This document shows, piece after piece, positions 60,684 to 64,000 of a stretch of DNA of 64,000 nt. Both the position numbers and the translations under genes were made by a program. How positions within the stretch are numbered: position 1 is the first letter of the stretch; each line of letters begins with the position of its first letter. The notes beneath the pieces are model-generated. The model was not told the DNA's origin, searched no databases, and saw nothing but the letters and a program-made list of their open reading frames with translations. Source of the DNA: a virus; the IMG/VR virus record IMGVR_UViG_3300033149_004284, positions 1 through 64,000 of that record. One strand, 5' to 3'.

Positions 60684-61258
60684 TGATCAAGTTGCATATA
60701 GGCTGTGGCCCCAGAGTGCTAAAGGGATGGATAAATATCGATCTCAAGTTCACTCCTTACCAGGCGTACCTGAAATACTACACTGACAAGTACTACCCAG
60801 AGTCCGCTAGGGGCGACAAGTCAGATTTTCTTGCACTAGATGTGTCTAGGCAGCCTTTGCCCTTTCCTGACAATTCGGTAGATGTCGTCTTCCATGAGGA
60901 CTTCCTTGAGCACCTGAACCAGCGTAGCCAAGTTCTCTTCCTAGCTGATTCTCTCCGAGTCTTGAAGCCAGACTCCATTCATCGAATTGATACGCCTAAC
61001 CTGTTAGCATCGATGCGCGATCACTCTAATTTCTCCCTTGGCTTTCAGGGTGTCTATGTCCATGAGTGGGATAAGTCCAAGCATCTCAATGTATTGACCC
61101 CTAGCTCGCTTGAAGAGATGGCTCTTATGGTTGGATATTCAACAGTAGTCTTCACAGGTAGAAACCAAAGTGCGTCGCCTCTGATTCCGCCTGAGTATCG
61201 CCCTGATCCAAGAGATCGGCCCGAGAACGGAAACATCTTTGCAGATTTGGTTGCTTAG
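60683..61258 (+). CDS. Class I SAM methyltransferase (type 11)
   Basis: KLHIGCG...GWINID, LPFPDNSVD, FLEHL, RVLKP. Confidence 0.9.
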   Translation: MIKLHIGCGPRVLKGWINIDLKFTPYQAYLKYYTDKYYPESARGDKSDFLALDVSRQPLPFPDNSVDVVFHEDFLEHLNQRSQVLFLADSLRVLKPDSIHRIDTPNLLASMRDHSNFSLGFQGVYVHEWDKSKHLNVLTPSSLEEMALMVGYSTVVFTGRNQSASPLIPPEYRPDPRDRPENGNIFADLVA

Positions 61259-61268
61259 GAGTAGCGCC

Positions 61269-62147
61269 TTGAGGATATTTGTTCTTCCTGTGTCGTCTCA
61301 GTTTCAACCTCCTCCCATGAAGATTCTCTATCCTCCTCACAACAAGCGAGACTACGGCATTGAGCAAGACTTCGCTCAGCATCTCACAGAGCCTTCTAGT
61401 GACTGGACGATCGCAGAGTCTTCTGACGTTGCTGATTGGCATTACCTTCCTATCTACTGGACACGTTACCATGTGACACATAACTATGCCAAGACTGGCC
61501 TAGAAGCACTTCAGCGTGAAGTTGCCCGAAGAATCATTGACGACAAAAGGACCTTTACAATTTGCCAGTATGATGATGGGCCTTTGGTAGACCTTGGTAG
61601 AACTGTGCAGTTTCTAGGGTCTCGCAAAGGGGAAGAAGGCATCGACGTCCCTCTTCTTTCCTATCCTCATAAGCTCCCTGCAGTTGATCCCCCTAAACAG
61701 TGGTTAGCGTCTTTTGCAGGGAGACTCCGAACGCACGAGGTTCGCGCAGACATGCAGCGTGTTCTGGGGCCTCGCCAGGACATTGACATTCAGGACACAC
61801 GCAAAACCAGTAGATTCTTTGTAGACTTGATCCTTCGGTCGTATGTTTCCCTCTGTCCCAGGGGATGGGGTGGCTCGTCTTTTAGGTTTTATGAATCTAT
61901 GCAACTGGGAGTAGTGCCCCTTCTCATTGGCAGCATAGACACCCGCCCCTTCAAACGTTTCCTGAACTGGAGTATAATGAGTCTCTATGCTCGCACGGCC
62001 GAGGAAGCAAATGTGTCCCTCGACTCCCACACTCTGACAGAATTGCTAGAGATGGGGCGATGTGCCAAGAAAGCCTGGCATCAAGATCTATCGTTTGGGC
62101 ACTGGCACAAGTATGTGTTTCAGGAATTGGAGGCTCTATGGCATTAA
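61269..62147 (+). CDS. Exostosin-like (GT47) glycosyltransferase
   Basis: ASFAG..THEVR, SLCPRGWG.SSFRFYESMQLG.VP. Confidence 0.8.
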   Translation: MRIFVLPVSSQFQPPPMKILYPPHNKRDYGIEQDFAQHLTEPSSDWTIAESSDVADWHYLPIYWTRYHVTHNYAKTGLEALQREVARRIIDDKRTFTICQYDDGPLVDLGRTVQFLGSRKGEEGIDVPLLSYPHKLPAVDPPKQWLASFAGRLRTHEVRADMQRVLGPRQDIDIQDTRKTSRFFVDLILRSYVSLCPRGWGGSSFRFYESMQLGVVPLLIGSIDTRPFKRFLNWSIMSLYARTAEEANVSLDSHTLTELLEMGRCAKKAWHQDLSFGHWHKYVFQELEALWH

Positions 62148-63592
62148 AGCACCATCAGCACTCTCTACAGGCCGAGGCGGTATGGGGGAAAGCCTACGGC
62201 GTGTTTGATCGAATTGTTCAGTTGAGAGGTTTCAGGACTGGCGTCGAGGTTGGCGTTGCTTTTGGAGGGCACATAGAAGCACTTCTCAACATCCCCACTA
62301 TTGAGAAGGTCTATGGAGTTGATCCCTATCAGCAAACAGGAACTAGCAGCTCCTTGGGCCTCTCGCAGTCTGAGATGGATACCCTCTATCTCTTCGTTCT
62401 GAACAGACTTGCCCCGTTTGGCGATCGTTACCAGCCTGTACGAAAAAGCTCGGTAGAGGCATCGTCTATCATCCCGCAGGAGATTGATTTCGTCTACATA
62501 GACGCTGACCATTCCTACCAGGAAGTTATGGCGGATCTCTGTGCTTGGTTTCCCAAAGTACGCGAAGGCGGGATAATTGGCGGCCATGACTATTCTCATC
62601 CTGACTTGCCAGGAGTTAAGAAAGCCGTGGATAGATTCTTCAGTCGGTTTGCTCAGCGCGTTCACTCACTAGGCGAATATGTCTGGTGGATAGAGAAGAA
62701 GATGCCCAGCATCAGCTTCGTATTGCCTGCATACAACTGCGCTGAGTTCGTCGAGGAGTCTGTGAAGTCTATTCAGAAGGGGAACTTTGAAGATGGCGAC
62801 GAGCTCATCATTGTTGACGATGGCTCATCTGACAATACCCTGATGATTTTGCAGAGACTGGCCGCGTACTATCCCTCAATAAGGCTTCTCAAACACGACA
62901 GTAATAGGGGCGCATCAGCAGCCAGGAATACAGCGATAGCCAGTGCCAAGAACTCCCTACTCTTCAACCTAGACTCAGATAATATCCTAGTGCCAGGCAG
63001 CATCCCCAAACTCAAAACATATTTGATTAGCTCCAATGCTGATATAGCAGTGTTCGAGGAGACGCGTTTCTTTAGAAACGGAACTGGCCAGATAACACAC
63101 AGCTGGAAGTATGGCCCAGGTCTGTTGACTCTATCCGACTGCTTGGCTGGCCAAATAACTCCTGGGGCTAGTGGGAACTATATGTTCACTAAGGAGTCCT
63201 GGGCCAAAGCTGAAGGTTACCCTGAGTTCGCAAAGACCTATGAAACCTGGGGATTCGCCTTCAGGCAGCTAGCCACAGGCTCCAAAATGATGGCAATGCC
63301 CGACTCTTTCTATCTCCATAGGTATGGCCATTCGTCACTCTGGGTGCGAGAAGGAGGAAATCGGAACGCTTCTCGGAAAACTCTAAAGATGATTCTGCCC
63401 TTTCTTGGCCTGCTTGACTACAAGGACGTTGAATACATAATGAGCCACAAGGAGACCTGGCTTACTAACTTATCTCAGCACCCAATACGAGTCAAGGGGA
63501 GCGCTCCTGGGAATTCGGGCAGCATCAAACTCCAGAGCCCTCCACTTGACTATATGGAGCTTTTGTGTCAGAATATAGACGAGGAGACATAA
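62138..63592 (+). CDS. Methyltransferase (type 24)-GT2 fusion
   Basis: VEVGV..G, DFVYIDADHSY, GGHDY; then SFVLPAYN, VDDGSSD, ARN, LDSD. Confidence 0.9.
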   Translation: MALKHHQHSLQAEAVWGKAYGVFDRIVQLRGFRTGVEVGVAFGGHIEALLNIPTIEKVYGVDPYQQTGTSSSLGLSQSEMDTLYLFVLNRLAPFGDRYQPVRKSSVEASSIIPQEIDFVYIDADHSYQEVMADLCAWFPKVREGGIIGGHDYSHPDLPGVKKAVDRFFSRFAQRVHSLGEYVWWIEKKMPSISFVLPAYNCAEFVEESVKSIQKGNFEDGDELIIVDDGSSDNTLMILQRLAAYYPSIRLLKHDSNRGASAARNTAIASAKNSLLFNLDSDNILVPGSIPKLKTYLISSNADIAVFEETRFFRNGTGQITHSWKYGPGLLTLSDCLAGQITPGASGNYMFTKESWAKAEGYPEFAKTYETWGFAFRQLATGSKMMAMPDSFYLHRYGHSSLWVREGGNRNASRKTLKMILPFLGLLDYKDVEYIMSHKETWLTNLSQHPIRVKGSAPGNSGSIKLQSPPLDYMELLCQNIDEET

Positions 63593-64000
63593 TGATTGAC
63601 TACAAGACAACCGCTGGTTTCTCCCTGACACTTGAGGAGCGTGAGTTCCTCAAAGACTCTGCTGAGGGCTCTGGCTCCATTGTCAGTATCGAGTCTGGCC
63701 CCTGCGCTGCGCTATGGTGCTTCAGGGCAGGCGCGCCTGAGTCTTCCATCTACAGCGTGAAGGAGCAAGGATCGATCATAGATGGTGATCCAGGAGTAAC
63801 TATCCTTAGTGGCTTTTCTGACTTCCCTGGAAACTCTGTAGACCTGCTCTTCATAGATGGCTCACATGCTTTCAAGGATGTTCTACTCGACTTAGTTACT
63901 TGGCAAGATAGCATCCCGCTGAAAGGCTTAGTGGTCCTTCACGACTATGAGCACAACAATATGCCTGAAGTTAAGCTGGCTACTGAGTTCTGGCTCAAGA
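63592..64000 (+). CDS. Methyltransferase (type 24), 3' truncated by window edge
   Basis: Open frame MIDYK..DLLFIDGSH..V..D..VVLHDY. Confidence 0.8.
   Translation, partial: MIDYKTTAGFSLTLEEREFLKDSAEGSGSIVSIESGPCAALWCFRAGAPESSIYSVKEQGSIIDGDPGVTILSGFSDFPGNSVDLLFIDGSHAFKDVLLDLVTWQDSIPLKGLVVLHDYEHNNMPEVKLATEFWLK

Noticed and set aside
1-64000. Firm host or lifestyle assignment
   Set aside because: Sigma70 promoters, strong SD sites and a peptidoglycan hydrolase indicate a bacterial host, and some proteins give a Chloroflexota-phage impression, but no integrase, att site or host gene is visible to support more

Overview
The window is part of a large tailed dsDNA phage (or prophage) genome, read in the standard code, with no host housekeeping genes, rRNA, CRISPR array or integrase visible. 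It cuts the late region at both ends. 1-9.8 kb (+) holds tail, fibre and lysis genes: an M23 endolysin, a 909-aa virion-type protein carrying a Hint domain, and holin-like genes. 9.8-43.7 kb (-) is a dense early/middle region of many small ORFs plus a radical SAM protein, ERCC4 nuclease, RecT-like annealase, Cas4-like exonuclease, DinG helicase, DNA methyltransferase and RuvB. 43.7-44.4 kb is a divergent control region, followed by an HNH-AP2 endonuclease. 46.8-53.4 kb holds an inverted terS-like gene, a split terL, the portal and an ASCH/nucleotidyltransferase-like gene. 53.4-64 kb is an uninterrupted run of at least 13 glycosyltransferase and SAM-methyltransferase genes inside the head operon. 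Strongest leads: (1) a candidate virion methyl-glycan synthesis operon; (2) a DNA methyltransferase broken at its catalytic SPPYW motif by TGG-TGA-TTCCA-TGG, the layout expected for ribosomal hopping; (3) a Hint domain with a non-nucleophilic +1 residue inserted inside a structural domain; (4) a terminase split around an unrelated ORF; (5) four intergenic structured-RNA candidates, including a D-armless tRNA-like element and a promoter-driven antisense three-way-junction RNA. All family calls come from motif recognition by eye; no searches were run. Many small hypothetical ORFs between 10 and 43 kb are not listed individually.
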